Assembly (NCBI GenBank): GCA_000320545.1
Contig: ADNK01001072.1
Location: 1-64,000, forward strand
Reading direction: 5' to 3'
DNA: 64,000 nucleotides
DNA from: Bigelowiella natans CCMP2755
Taxonomy: Eukaryota > Protista > Cercozoa
The notes below the pieces were generated by a model. It was not told where the DNA came from. It was given only the letters and a program-made list of their open reading frames with translations, and did no database searches. Below, piece after piece: positions 43,558 to 60,672 of the stretch. Position 1 is the stretch's first letter; each line of letters opens with the position of its first letter. The position numbers were made by a program, and so were the translations under genes.

Positions 43558-43868
43558 CTACAACTCATCGTGTGTTTTCTCTGACTGCTGTTCTTCAGCG
43601 CCACCACTCCCTCCTGATCTCCCTTCACCTTCGTCCTCACTATCGTCGCCGTCAGGTGTAAGTACAAAGAGGGGTTCATAGCTAACCATGTATGGCTTCG
43701 GAGCGTCCAATTTCCTTTCGTGCCACCCAACACGCGTGACCGTTCTCCAGCCCTATAACGATAACCAAGTATTTCACTCACAGTCGAATGCAGCATATGC
43801 GTATGGTTTCTTAGTCGGTTATACAGAGTTATGAATGTTGATGACAGTGATAAGATAGGAGTAATGCT

Positions 43869-43900
<32 letters not shown>

Positions 43901-44456
43901 TAGTAGTAGTGTGACGAAGTAATAGCAGCTATATTGTTATCAATATCATTTGACATCTTCGGGTGTACACATCTACCAAGTGATTGAAGGAGCGTTGCTA
44001 CTTCATTCGCGCGCGCAAACACAAACACAAACACACACACCCACAAATAACGTGTATACATTATATATATTGTAATATGTGCGTATGATTTACATATATG
44101 TGCGTGTGCGTGCGCGCGCGCGTGTGTGTGTGTATTGTATTCACATAGATTCGGTGAGAAAAACTATTAAAATAGCACCTGTAGCATCAATGGGAGTCGG
44201 ATTCTGCCGTACCTTTGTCATTAAAAAAATAACATCCAATGAAGAATATAAGTATGGCCAAACACATTGAATTGAAGCATGCGCGATGATGCTGCAAAGG
44301 TTGCGCTGCTCTGCCCTGTCACATAGCTTAGACCCCTTGCTCAACCAAATATCGAGACTTTCTTTTGATATTCAAAAATTCCTTTTGTAAACACACACAC
44401 ACACACATGCACATGCACGCACGCACACGAACACGTATGCACATACATGAACAGAG

Positions 44457-44499
<43 letters not shown>

Positions 44500-44512
44500 T
44501 ATTGAATTTCTG

Positions 44513-44547
<35 letters not shown>

Positions 44548-45681
44548 GTACACACACAATACGCATGTATGCATCTATCTTAACAGTTTTATTGCAAAAC
44601 TACCTGCGATGAAGATTCCACGCCAAAACATCGGGTCCTTAAAAGAAGAACATATTTTATTTAGTGGGAGGAAGAATCTAAACACGTCATCATTGCCTTT
44701 ACGACGATGATATACCCTCTCTCTCTCTCTCTCCCTCTCTCTCTGCCACTCTCTCAGATATATAGTATAACATTTGTGCGTGTGTTTATACAAGTGCTAC
44801 ATGGATCATCATGAGTTGTTTCATCATCGTCAATATGTATGTGCGACACACCAATAGGAACTGAGAAATAAAACTTTCCGTGAGGCCTTAAGACTCCTGC
44901 AGGGCAGGGGAAACATATGAAACCTTAGTGCTTATCATCATCATCATCACCACCATCATTTAATAGCGTATATGTTGTAACAAGCGCCTCTTTGCAATCT
45001 CATAGCAGCTGTGATTCTGCATCAAAACAATGTTCAAGCGGTAATATCAGACCTCCTTCTCACCCCCCCTCACCCCCCTCCCCCTCCCAGGTCGCATTGC
45101 AGGACAAAAACCATCAAGGTTTTATCGCTCGTAACAGCTGTCTAGTTGTCCAGCAACAGTGAGTAGATTAGTAAAATTTGAGTTATTGTGAGTTGGTTCT
45201 CTCTCTTATTCTTCCCTCTTTGTTGGGTGATACTGCGGGAGGAAAGCACCTTTAACCATTTCCATAGCTTCCACATCGCCATTGGGGTTGATAGGGTCCC
45301 CATACCGACCAAGCCCGTCATGATCGAAGCTGTCAACATAAGATGATGTAGGAGGGGGTAAATACAGTATGCACCCTTTATGGGGGGACACCAGGTGCGG
45401 TCAATGCATGCAAAATGTGCAATATGCAGGTTACCTCGATATGGAGAATGCAGCATCGAATTTGAGAGTATGCTTCTTCTGATGAAACTCCTGCGATGAT
45501 AGTGTATTGTCAGATAGTAACATTGCACAACCACGCGAATAGGAATTCCATCTAGAGCATAACCATCCACATTACGTTGCTTATGCAAGCAATGCATATT
45601 CTACCTCCACCGTGAGGGTTTTGAGCTGTGGGTGCTCGAAAGTTAGCTTATTGTACTCCACAGTCGTCACAGTCTGGGAGG

Positions 45682-45722
<41 letters not shown>

Positions 45723-46537
45723 CATGCTGCAACGCTTCGTCTATGATGTACATTTGGGCAATAGCAAAAGGCCTTTGATCCATGTCACCATTTGGGAAGG
45801 GGTTCCATTATTTGTCTAGCAGCATCTTTCACCTTTGCTCCGTGTGCGAGGCAGATACACTCGAAGTAGGGCTCCATCGATCCGAAAACTACCACCTCAA
45901 GTCCCTCGATGGGGTATTTGAGGAGAGCTTGGTAGATCCAGCTGGGCTTGTTCTGCAGTCCGATACCCAACGAAATCAACCTGATATTGATGTATAAGTG
46001 TACGCTCTGCATCACGAGGGGAGTGATGGTCTCAACAAACCTTTGCATGTTGGCCTTTTGTTGCTGCACGTTCAGCAGCATAGCATCGATGTCCAAACGA
46101 GGAAATTGATAGTGAGTTCCTGAAGACGTTGTAATAAATATACGTGAAGGGGGGGGGGGAATAAGGCAGAGCCGTACGTAAGAATACCTTCGCCACCGTT
46201 AGAATCATCGACATAGTACGATTCAACTGGAATTTTGCCCTGCATCGTGAAATCATCACGGAGGTCCACGGGGATTTCGCGGGGAGGCTAATCAATTTCG
46301 ACTTCAGTAAGTAAGTCGTTTAAAACACCACGGCGCGATGATTGTGAAGTACACCCACCACTGTTCACCGCTTCTAACAAATCAATTCGTGGTCTAGTTG
46401 CTTTAAAAATTCGCTTAGCAAGGAGTGCAGTCCCAATGCTCCCGTAGTATTACCTCTCCTCCTGTGATTGAAGAGGCTGCCGCAGCTACCACAACGAAGA
46501 TCCACAGGGATGAGCTTCCTCGCCCAGGAGCACCCAT
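43558..46537 (-). CDS. DUF268-family SAM-dependent methyltransferase-like protein with signal peptide and C-terminal HDEL, multi-exon
   Basis: MGAPGRGSSSLWIFVVVAAAASSITGG | PPREIPVDLRDDFTMQGKIPVESYYVDDS | VVVFGSMEPYFECICLAHGA | TVEYNKLTFEHP | KFDAAFSISS|FDHDGLGRYGDPINPNGDVEAM | GVLRPHGKFYFSVPI|GPDVLAWNLHRR|YGRIRLPLML | ...YEPLFVL...KTHDEL*. Confidence 0.85.
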
Positions 46538-47430
46538 TATTCTCCCGAAATTCCAACCCGACAACACGAAAACTGCTAAATCCTTCGGGTTTTTCTCTGT
46601 GCGACAATATCAATCTTCGGGTAATTTTGTTGTCGCAGGAGTAAAATGCATGCCGTTTTCACTTCCGCCGCGTGGGTTGGATCGAAGGAAGTGTCGTGTC
46701 GCCTCGATGCCCTCCTCCTCCTCCTCCTCCTCCTCCTCCTCCTCCTCGAGGGCAGCAACCCGACACACGTGCTAGCCCATACATCGCAACACACAGACGA
46801 TACCATCTCACCTTAGAATTGCTACGTATCTGCAAGAATGGAAGAGCTGGACAATGTAGTTGAGGCAGAAATTTCGTCGCACACCCCGCTGATGCTGTAT
46901 TTTTTGCAACATTGTCAAGGATGAAACGGCGGAGGTCTTGGATCAGTTCCTCAGCCTCGACTCGGACGATGTGAGGCGCTGACAACATTTTCTTTGATCT
47001 AAATTATTATGATTTAGGCGTGAAAAGTTGTTTTATGTGATCAGTTGCAAAGATTAGCTCAGCAAATGCAGCTCCAGTTCGACGTAATCTTTGCCATCAT
47101 ATTTCCGATTCGTGCCTCTTTTTGTTTCGGCGCAACACGAACAGAGCCCATAGAAATGCACTTATAATATTAAGATCTAATTTGCATCCGGTGGCGACTG
47201 CTGACTAGCTTGAATTTCTCGATCAGAACCAGCTCTTCGAGCATAAGTTGCAGGATGATCACGGCTTAGGCATCATCGATTCAAATGTACGTACACACTC
47301 ATAAAACCTGTCTGTTGTGAAGAAAAATCGTCAAGTGGTAGGTCCGTTTCATGAGCGAGAAGTCAATGTATAACTGAATTATCCGTGTCTGTGCACGATC
47401 GACTGCCTGTTACAGACCAATGAAGGCGAG

Positions 47431-50877
<3,447 letters not shown>

Positions 50878-51408
50878 ATTAGGAAGACGCTAAGCTAGTA
50901 ATGTTAGGCACTTCCTGTTCCTGTCTTCTGTTTGCTCGATCTTCATCATTGTTGTATTAAACACAATAGAACAGGCTATGTCATAAAATAGGACAGGCTG
51001 CTAAGATGTTTGTTGTGGCTTGCCGTCTGACAACATGTATGCACATGCCATGACCTTTGTTCATATACATCGTTTTGTATCATGCGTTTAGCGTGCGTAC
51101 ACACATTGCGAATATAAAATGCAGCTGCAGGCGCTGCATGGGAGTAGTGCACCGCTCCTACCACTAGTAGACATCACATGTAAAACGGAGTACGGCTGTT
51201 ATGGCCAACTCACGATGAGACAGGATACATAGCGCTATAATCTAGTGATGTCATCCAGCGAATATCAACGTGTCCAATCCGCGTTGACAGAACACAGCAA
51301 GCCCACAGAACGCGTAGTAGCATACAAACAATGAATTAGTATATAGTTTAAATGCATGTTGATCGAATAGAGTTTCCTAACGTTTATCCCACGGACATCA
51401 TAAATGAG

Positions 51409-52212
51409 CTATTTCGAAGTGAAGCCTCCGTCAACTGGCAACGAGATCCCGGTAATGAAGTCGTTCTGCGGGTCGGCAAGGAACAGAACTGCGCTTGCAA
51501 CATCTTTTACTTTTCCCGGCCTCTTGATTATGTGCACCGCTTTTGCAAACTGCTGTGCGCCTTCAGCTCCACCGGTCATGTCCGTTTCGATGACCCCTGG
51601 TGCTACTGCATTGATGCGGATGTTATGATTCGCGGCCTCGGCTGCAACATACTTAACGATGCCTGTGACGGCAAACTTGGAGGAAGTATACCCGCTGTTG
51701 TTCTGCAGGTTCTCTTGGGAAACTAGACCTACCGCCGAACTGTTAATGACTACAGAGCCACCTTTGTTTTGAGCTACCAGCTGCTTCAACGCGTACTTGA
51801 GGCCAAGCTGCACTCCAAACACGTTGACATGGTAGTTCTTCTGCCAGGTTTTGCTGTCTGCCTCCCAGATTGGCTTGTTATCAGAAGAGAATACCCCTGC
51901 GTTCAGGAACACCGCATTGATCGAGCCGAACGCTTTGACAGCTTCCTCGATGAGGGTTTTGTTGTCTGCTTCAATGCTAATATCCGCCTTGACTGCGATG
52001 GCTTTGGAGTCGAGCTCCTTTATCTCATCAACCAGACTTTTCAGTCGATCATCACGTCTCGCAGCAACCACAACGTTGGCACCCTCCTTGGCAAAGGCTA
52101 GAGCTGTGTTGCGCCCGATGCCAGACGATGCACCGGTGACAACCACGGTCTGGTCTTTAAACCGGCGACTTTGAGGCTGAGCGGAGGTCTGGCTTGTGTT
52201 CACGGTAGACAT
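51409..52212 (-). CDS. Classical short-chain dehydrogenase/reductase (FabG/glucose-dehydrogenase-like), single exon
   Basis: TGASSGIG, NAG, catalytic S...YTSSK, IRINAVAPGVIETDM, FITGISLPVDGG. Confidence 0.93.
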   Translation of the reverse strand: MSTVNTSQTSAQPQSRRFKDQTVVVTGASSGIGRNTALAFAKEGANVVVAARRDDRLKSLVDEIKELDSKAIAVKADISIEADNKTLIEEAVKAFGSINAVFLNAGVFSSDNKPIWEADSKTWQKNYHVNVFGVQLGLKYALKQLVAQNKGGSVVINSSAVGLVSQENLQNNSGYTSSKFAVTGIVKYVAAEAANHNIRINAVAPGVIETDMTGGAEGAQQFAKAVHIIKRPGKVKDVASAVLFLADPQNDFITGISLPVDGGFTSK

Positions 52213-52985
52213 AGTATGGTATTGTGTTTAGTAGCGAGGGTTTGGGTGCTTGGATTATGCGAGGATGTGATTCCACTGACGGAGGCATCCTCGGCGATCG
52301 ATCAAGAGAAGGAAGCGGCTCTTCTTCTTCCTGCATTGACTTCAGTTCCGAAAAACCCTTCGACAAGAGATTTCAAAACGTCGCCTCGTTCAATTCACAA
52401 GCATTTCTTGCACTTGCATCATAGATCTAATCGGCATGCAGAAAGGAAGCCAACAGCAACCTCTCTTTATTTCGGAGTGAGCAATCTCTGGCTGCTGCGT
52501 AATCGGCATGTGCCGGTAACAAGAAGAAGTCTTTCTGGGTTCCTTCTTGAGCGCTGCGACAATGAATAGTCACTGTTCATACGATGTTTTCCGTTGTTTT
52601 TTTGTTGCGTGTAGAACATGTAAGGTACTCGCAGCATGGAAGTCTTGCGTCATGAACGAAGTCTGTCGCATCATGCAAAAAGGATATCACCTTGTTTTTT
52701 TGTGACATAAAGTACTTTTTCGCGGGAGAGTGTTCCCGATTTTTATGAAATATTTTTAGCGACAATCCATAACATTTGTCGCGAATTCCGATTGTTCGTG
52801 GGTTTCGCAACCGATGAAGAGTGACAGTGCACTCCTGGGACAAAGAATTTACACAACTTTTAACGGTTTGATAGTATCTGCTAATCTCTTTTTGCGACAT
52901 CATCTTTCGATTGTCGTAGATTATAATATCCACACATCTCCACAGATTTCGCCTTCCGTCCTCTTGCCCACCTCCTTCCAGAAGG

Positions 52986-53360
52986 ATGCGGTTAGAGGAT
53001 GTTGTCCTTTACCAAAAATATATGGTGGATGGGAAGAAAATGGGGGTTGTTATGTTCAAGGGGAAAACACGCTTCGGCAAAGGTGAATGGGTGGGGCTTT
53101 CACTTGAGCGCCAAGGGGCTGGTTACCACAATGGAACTTATCAGGACATAGAATACTTCAGGTAATAGTTGTAGTATTCTGAGTTCGCACCGGTTAATGA
53201 TTAAGAATTTGTACAGATGTAATCCTGGACACGGGATTTTTGTTCGACCTTCAGCACTTGCATCGTGCCCCACTGGTACCTTTGAAAAGGTAGACACCGA
53301 AGAATTGAAGGTACACGACACGTCTCCCATCGCCTGTAGTCCACCAGCGAATATAATAGG

Positions 53361-53410
<50 letters not shown>

Positions 53411-56400
53411 CTTTAACTTGCAATAAAAACTCATTTTCTAATTGAAAGGATCAGAATCGGTCGGGACACAACGTTCGGACCCATTCGATGGAGCAAAGAG
53501 CAGAGATGGTCTTTCTTCAAATTCAAAACGTGTTAACACTTTCAAAATTATTGTTGTATTAATTGTTGTGTTGGCATTGTTTATGCTTCTCTAGCTTGCA
53601 GAGCTCAAAGTAAATGATGGAGAGAACCTCCCCGACGTCTCAAACTCTGCTATTCTTCGCGCAATAGCGGAAAGCCGCAGCAATCTCTTCGCGGATAAAG
53701 ACAACACAACTGGAGGTGGAGAGTTTGGGGATGAAGATGGGAAATTTGAAACAATTCAAGAAACTAAAATTCCCTTCAATAGCCCTGAAAAGGAGAAGGT
53801 AAACTCGAGTGTAAAGAGTCCTGTACGGAGTTCGACCTCGAATAAATCAAAGAAAAGGCAACAAAGAGTGGCAAGTGGAGTTTGGGTATGGGGAGAAAAT
53901 AGACATGGTGAGCTAGGTATTGGCGAGCCAATACGGGGAAATTCAAAGTGCCAGCATCGCCCAGCTCAGGTGAAAACGGCAGAGGGAAGTGCCAAAGTTG
54001 CCCAGATTGTGCTGGGACAGCAGCACTCAGTTGTGCTCAGCGCCGATAGTAGCGTGTACACCTGTGGTTCTTGGACAAATGGTCTTCTCGGAATTCCAAA
54101 AATCAGTAATGACATCTACAGGTGAGATCACTCAAGGACTGTCACCTCTTCCCCCCTCCTCTAAATTGTACTACTACATATGAATTTTGATGACTAAACT
54201 GTACGGCACTGCGAGATGTTCCTAGACCAAAACAACAGTCTTTCCTCCAGCAGTGATCTTTTTGAAATAGCCTCCCCTACTGTACATATTTTAACTAGCT
54301 TCTTATCTACGTGGGTAGGTACCGAAGGGTGAAGTCCTTAGGCTCCAAAAGTGTCCATATAGCTTGTGGTAATCACCATACGGTGGCTATCAAGGAAGAC
54401 GGCCGGTTATGGGCTTGGGGGGGTACGCTGCACGGCAAACTTGGACACCTAGAAGCGCATGGCGGACTATGCCAAGTTTCTGGGCTTTATGATCAGAAAG
54501 TTGTCGATGTTGACTGTGGGAAAACGCATACGATCCTCTGCACGGACGACGGCGTGGTGTACGTTTTCGGCATCCTCCCCGGAGTAGACGGCTTGAGTAA
54601 GACCACCGGTTCTTCGCCAACGAGGAGGAGGCAGACTATAGGAGCTGCAAGGTACGTTGCTCCTCGTGCAGTCAAGGGCGCTCTTGGGTTGTGCAGGGTG
54701 GTGAGCGTTGCAGCAGGGACACAGCACAATCTCGTCTGCAGTGAAGATGGAGAGCTGTACTCCTGGGGCCTCAACGACTATGGCCAGCTGGGCTATGGTA
54801 CAACCCAGAGCAGCCGGACTCCCAAGCTGGTGAAAATGGAAGAGAAGACGATATCGATTTCGTGCGGCGACAAACACAGTCTTGTGGTTGACTGCTCCGG
54901 GAAGCTCTTCTCGTTTGGCTGCGGCATTCACGGCCAACTAGGCCACGGAGTTTCACGCAATGAGCGAAGGCCAAGGAGAGTCGATGCCTTTCAAGGGAGG
55001 GTTCTTCAAGCGGAAGCAGGTAGCAACCACTCCGTCGTTCTTACATGTGATGGAGAGGTGTACACATGGGGTCTGGGAAATCGAGGGCAACTGGGCCATG
55101 GAACCTTGTCGGACTCCTCAAAACCGACGCTTGTTACCGGTTTGCCGAAGGGGATTATCAAGCAAGTTGCAGCTGGAGGCTCACACACCCTGGCATCAGA
55201 GATCCCATTCTTGCCAGTCAAGGAAATGCTCGCACGTCTCGATTCAAAGTCTCCTGCTGCTGTTCAAGAGAGGAGGAGAGAGATGGCACAACTGTCGTCC
55301 TCGTCGTCGTCGTCTTTATTGAGATCTCCTACAACTATTGGCCACCACTCTGTACAGCATACTCAAGGAGGAGGAAGAAAGGAACTATTGCGCATTGAAG
55401 ATGATGATCCTCTAAAGCCTCCTCCCGATGATGCTGCTGCCCCTGTGTCGAAGAACGTTAACACAGGCACGAATAACAGTGATATATTACTGCCATGCAC
55501 TTCTCCGCCTGAAAGCAACCACTCGTCGTTCTGCCGAATCAACACCACACCACCCACCGCCACAAAACTGCCCTCGCCCCCTGAGCTTCCGCCCCCCTCA
55601 TTTGAAGAATCCGCAATTATGAGGGCCACAGCGAGAAAGATCTACTTTGAGGATGATGACAGTTGTATTACCAAGCAGATGGTGGAGGAGCAGTTAGGAG
55701 AGGGAGGAAGGGGGGCCAAGAGTACTTCCACCAGCATCATCGCACGCTCAGCCGGTAATGTGGTGACGGTGACTTCGATCAATGACTTATCGAGCGCTGC
55801 GACTCTACAGACATTCAAGATCGAGGAGGAGGAGGATGATGAGGTGGATGACCACGAATTGAAGCAGCAATGCGATGCTAATGATGGTGGTGGTGGAGTC
55901 GGTGCTTTGTCACCAACATCACCACCTCTCCGCTGCGCTACGGGTACAAATGAGAGTACGACCGCTGGCAAGGGAGGCGAGCATCCTCCTCCTCCTTCTT
56001 CTGTGCTCACACCAAAAGGAACACCAGTTTTCTCCAAAGGTTGTCTATGTCTCACTACCCTTTCATCTTCACCATGCGTTGTCTTGTCCTTTCTCTTCCA
56101 CTTTGATCTCTCTTCGCTGTGAACGAATCTCGTGGTGGTAGTAGTAGCCTTAACTTATGATGTTTCAACAAAGGAAATCTGCTGCCGCTGCCCCCTCCTC
56201 AACCCACACCGTCTCCATCAATGGGCACAGCAGCAGCTGACCACAGCACGAGGATGGATGCAACAATAATTGCAAAAAGCGATTTGAAAGGTGGAAGACG
56301 ACGCGAAGATGATCATGATCATAGCAGAAGCAGTATTAGGGGGAGAATAGGCAGTCCCGTCGTGAATATGTCTCCGTCTCCAATAAAGGGTACTTACTTA

Positions 56401-56693
56401 GTCGCATCGCCTTGATTTTCCCAATCGAATTGCAAATGATTGAAAGAGAGAAGGGCGGGATACATCCGGTGCCTTTATGCCTATTCTAAGCAGAGTAGTC
56501 TGTGTTATTCAGAAGACTATATTATCGTAGCAGTAGTAGTAGTAGTAGTAGTAGTAGTATCGATGGTTGTGGTAGTTGAAACGAAGCCCCGCTTGTCTTA
56601 GAGCTAAAAGGGTAAAGTACTACCGACATCAAACGGATTAGTTCCCTCCCTTTTAACTTCTCTTATGACGCCCTCATCGTCGTCGTCACTAAC

Positions 56694-56732
<39 letters not shown>

Positions 56733-57164
56733 TCCCCCTTTTCTCTTTCTACCACCCCCCCCCGTTCCTCCTTCTCTTCTTCTTTCTATAGTTGCGTCAA
56801 GAGGTTCGAGAGGTGTTGCAGCAGCAGCAGGGTTTATGATGACCACATCATCACCACCGGCGACATCTCCGCACTCATCAAGATTCCTGCTCCATCATAG
56901 CAACCGGGGCTCGGCAGCCTCCTTTCATTCGACGCGAGGAGGAGGAGGAGGAGGAGGACAAAATTATTCCAGCACTACAAGACAGCAGCAATGGCTTGAT
57001 GCGTCTCACACGAGCTCAGGAGTGAATAGCCCAGAATCCTTGGCAAAGTCAGTTTAATTTGTCCCACCCAAGACTACTATCACTACTAATACTACTAATA
57101 CTACTAATACTACCACTATTAACCACCATCTCCAGCAGGTATGCTGACCCTCCCCCTCCTCCTC

Positions 57165-57195
<31 letters not shown>

Positions 57196-59706
57196 TCCTC
57201 CCCCTCCTCCTTTCTCTGTGCCCCCCCTCTCTCTCTTTCTCCCTCTCTCCTCTTTCATAGATATCTAGGCGGAGGTGATTCGCGAGTGTCGTCTCGTGCA
57301 AATCTCTTCGAGAGCGCCGACAGTCTACCCGACGTTTTCTGTCGATCGCGACTAGAAGAAGAAGAAGACGAAGAGGGGGGTGAAGCTGAAGGAATAGAAG
57401 AGGGAAAAGATGATAATGATGAAAAAGGAGGAGGAGGAGGAGGAGGAGGGCACAAAGCAGTGCTATCATCATCATCATCATCATCACCAATTGCTGGTCT
57501 TAACAAGCTCTTATCATCTCCGAGGTCTCCTCCTCCGGTGATTCCTGAAGTTGTAGAGGGATTTGGCTCCACCATTAAACCTAAACCTGCTGCTGCTGAG
57601 GGGGGGGATAATGCCACAGATTCTGCTGCTGCTGCCGATGTTACTTCGACCCTTCCCCCAATTTCATCATTGCCATCCCCGTCTTCAAAGACAATGGAGA
57701 TTAGTGAAGAGCAGCCTGGTGGTGGTGTTGGGGTTGTTTTTAAGGGGAGAGAAAGGAAGAGAAGCAGCTTGGCAGCGGTGGCGTCTTCCTCCCCTGAGTC
57801 ATCAGAGACCAAGACAGACGAACAAAGACAAGTAATGATGATGCTCCAGAAAAGCACTAGTGATAATAATGGTCATGAGGATGATGATGATGATGATCGC
57901 ACAATGCGTGTCAGTAGTAGCCAACTTAGCTTCAGCACCAGCAACAACAACAACAACAACTACGGCATCAGAAAGAAAGCCGCTGCTCAAAACAACAATA
58001 GCCGCCATGGGGACGAGGAGAAAGAAGAGGAGAGGGAGGAAAGCAAGAAGGCGAATGGGAAAAATATCGAAGAAGCACGTGATGATGATGGTAATTACCA
58101 TCATCCCGAAAGCAGCAAGCTTTTACCCAACAACATACCTCACAACACTCATAATACTTTGATAGTAGCTGCGGCGAAGGACAGAGGGTTAATGAATAGC
58201 GTGCCTTCTTCTGCTACTACTACTACTACCACAAACGCTGTGGCTACATTGATGGAGATAGGTCATGATGATGATGGAGCAGCAGCAGCAGGAGGAGGAG
58301 GAGGAGGAGCAGCAGCAGCAGCAGAAAAATTTAATCCGCAGCAACAAGAGGAGAAGCAGAAGGAGGGGGAGGGGCTAGAGTCAATCCACAGCGATAATCA
58401 TGTGAAACACATCGATGATGATGATGATGGTGATGGTGATGGTGAAAGGAACATACATACCGATCAGCTCCCAACGCTCAACGGAGGACGAGGTGGGGGG
58501 GGAAGCAGAAACGAGAGTAATGGGCATAATGCCGAATGCAATCAAGACAAATACAATGCGACTGAGAGCAAGAAGGACTCCATTATGATGACTACTCCCA
58601 CTGGGTTGCTGCTGCGGGGAAAAATAAACAATAATAATGTAGATAAAAATAGTAGCAGAGACTTTCAGGAAAGTGACTCTGCCGTCAGTAGCATCAAGGG
58701 AGATATCTCCGCTGCTTTCCAGCTTTTCAACCAGGTATTTGTTGGCTATGATGCGCTTCGTAGTTGTAGGAGAATGGCTACATTTCAACCAATATCCTCC
58801 CTCCCAGTATTCGCACTGTCGATGTGATTATGTCTCCCCCCCCCCCCCCCCTTTTTTATTAGGATTCTTTAAATGATTCTCTGGGAATGAGCCGACTTGG
58901 TAGTAATTCAATTGAAAACAGCTACATGGCAATACTATTTATTACTAATGGACGCGGTATATGAAGATGACAACAATGTTTTTCCATCAAAAAACGGTAC
59001 CTCTTTTGTCATCCAATATATTGCTGACTCTTCAATTGTTACCGTTATTTTGCTCCAGACGAGGTCAACATCACGCATGATGAGCAGTCCCTTGGTGGTG
59101 GTGGTGGGGGGGGGATCAGTTTTCTTGACGATGATGCGTCGTTGCAGTACAGCAACATTGGAGGAAAAAGAAGAATGAGACGGATAGGAGGAGAAGAGGC
59201 ACTAACGCCAGCATATTCGGCCAAGAAGAAGCAAAGTCAGCGGCAACCCAGCTCTTTAAGAAAAGTCGCTATTGGCTCCAACCTCAATACTTTCCCTTCT
59301 TCTTCTTCTTCTTCTTCTACTGCTACTACATCTTCCGAGAATGAGAAGAAGAAACCATCGTCGTCGTCGTCATCGTCGTCGTCATCATCTGGGATGTTCG
59401 CTGTCCCTGAGGTTCCTGCCCACCATCGTCACAAAAGCAGTAGTAACCATCTCGACAAAGGGAGAGGAGGCACGCCATCGTCAACACCAGCACGAGCAGC
59501 TGCATCAGGGCCTTCTCGAAGACGACGCCATTTAGAATTCACTCCTACATTGCGGGAGAGGCAACGAGGAGGAGGAGGGAACGCTACCTTGGATGAGTCG
59601 AAGGTAGTAAATGGCAAAGAAGGTGGAGGACGATAATATTGTTCGGGGGGGGGGGGGGGGGATTTTAATCATGCTATAATCATTAGTATAATCATTGCAT
59701 CTTCGA

Positions 59707-59749
<43 letters not shown>

Positions 59750-59886
59750 GGTCGGAAGAAGATATAGTGGCACTGCCATTGCCAATGCAAGCGATGCCTC
59801 CTTACTTGCTTTTGAGGACCACGAAGGAAGAGAAGGAGGAAGAACACGCGTCTCTGCTGCGGAAATGCTACAAACAGAAGACAATC

Positions 59887-59923
<37 letters not shown>

Positions 59924-60672
59924 GTGTGTTGTGATACTAATCGTTGTGCGTTTGAGAAGTGATGAATGACGACTATCATGGCGTCGGTGGTGGTGGTGTT
60001 GGTTTTGCCCTTTTTCTCATCTTTCATTTGCAGAACGTCCCTCCCCATGTGATTCGGTTTGCGCACCGTTTCCTGACCGTCCTGACCCACCACACGTGGC
60101 CAGAGCTGCGTGTCCGTCTTCAAAACTTCGTACGAGACGTGGAGAAGAACGACACCGGCCTCATTGATGCTCATGTACGTTTGGAGAGAGGGGGGGGGGG
60201 GGGCGATATAGCTTATATTATCAGCAAATTCGCAATGTGGATGATGAGGGTGAATGTTGTTTCTCAGGTTACTGTGAGTGAGGTGGAGCGCGACTCCATT
60301 TGCCATCCTGTTGGCCACGATTCGGTATGAATGCTTTCATAATCCCTTCCTCCCTTCTTTCCTTCCCCTTTAGACCTGACCCACTCATACAATATAACAT
60401 ACATTCACGGTTACTACTACTAGTAGTGCTATGACAGCTATGTCGCAATTTCATCCTCCTCTTTCCCCCCCACCCTCCTCCTTGTGCTTTCCCCCTTGGC
60501 TACTCAGTTTATAGCGGGCATAACCACGCCTTTCAAGCAGAAAAAGGCACAGCAGAGACTTCGGCGCATACCTGACACGCCGATATCATCTCTTCTCTCA
60601 TCATCGAAGATGGGGCTGGTTGGTGGAGGAGGAGGAGCAGGTGGTGGTAGTTGCAAGAAGAAGAGAATGTGA
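52986..60672 (+). CDS. CAP-Gly domain + RCC1-repeat propeller + very long low-complexity tail protein, multi-exon; 3' end approximate
   Basis: CAP-Gly GVVMFKGKTRFGKGEWVGLSLERQGAGYHNGTYQDIEYFR|CNPGHGIFVRPS; about seven RCC1 repeats (VWVWGENRHGELG, IACGNHHT, LWAWGGTLHGKLG, YSWGLNDYGQLG, VYTWGLGNRGQLG, VAAGGSHT); S/G/D/N homopolymer-rich exons to about 60672. Confidence 0.8.

Noticed and set aside
46659-46988. 109-aa ORF as the start of the DUF268 gene
   Set aside because: It has no signal peptide, whereas ATG 46537 gives a signal peptide that splices in frame to the domain and fits the HDEL end.
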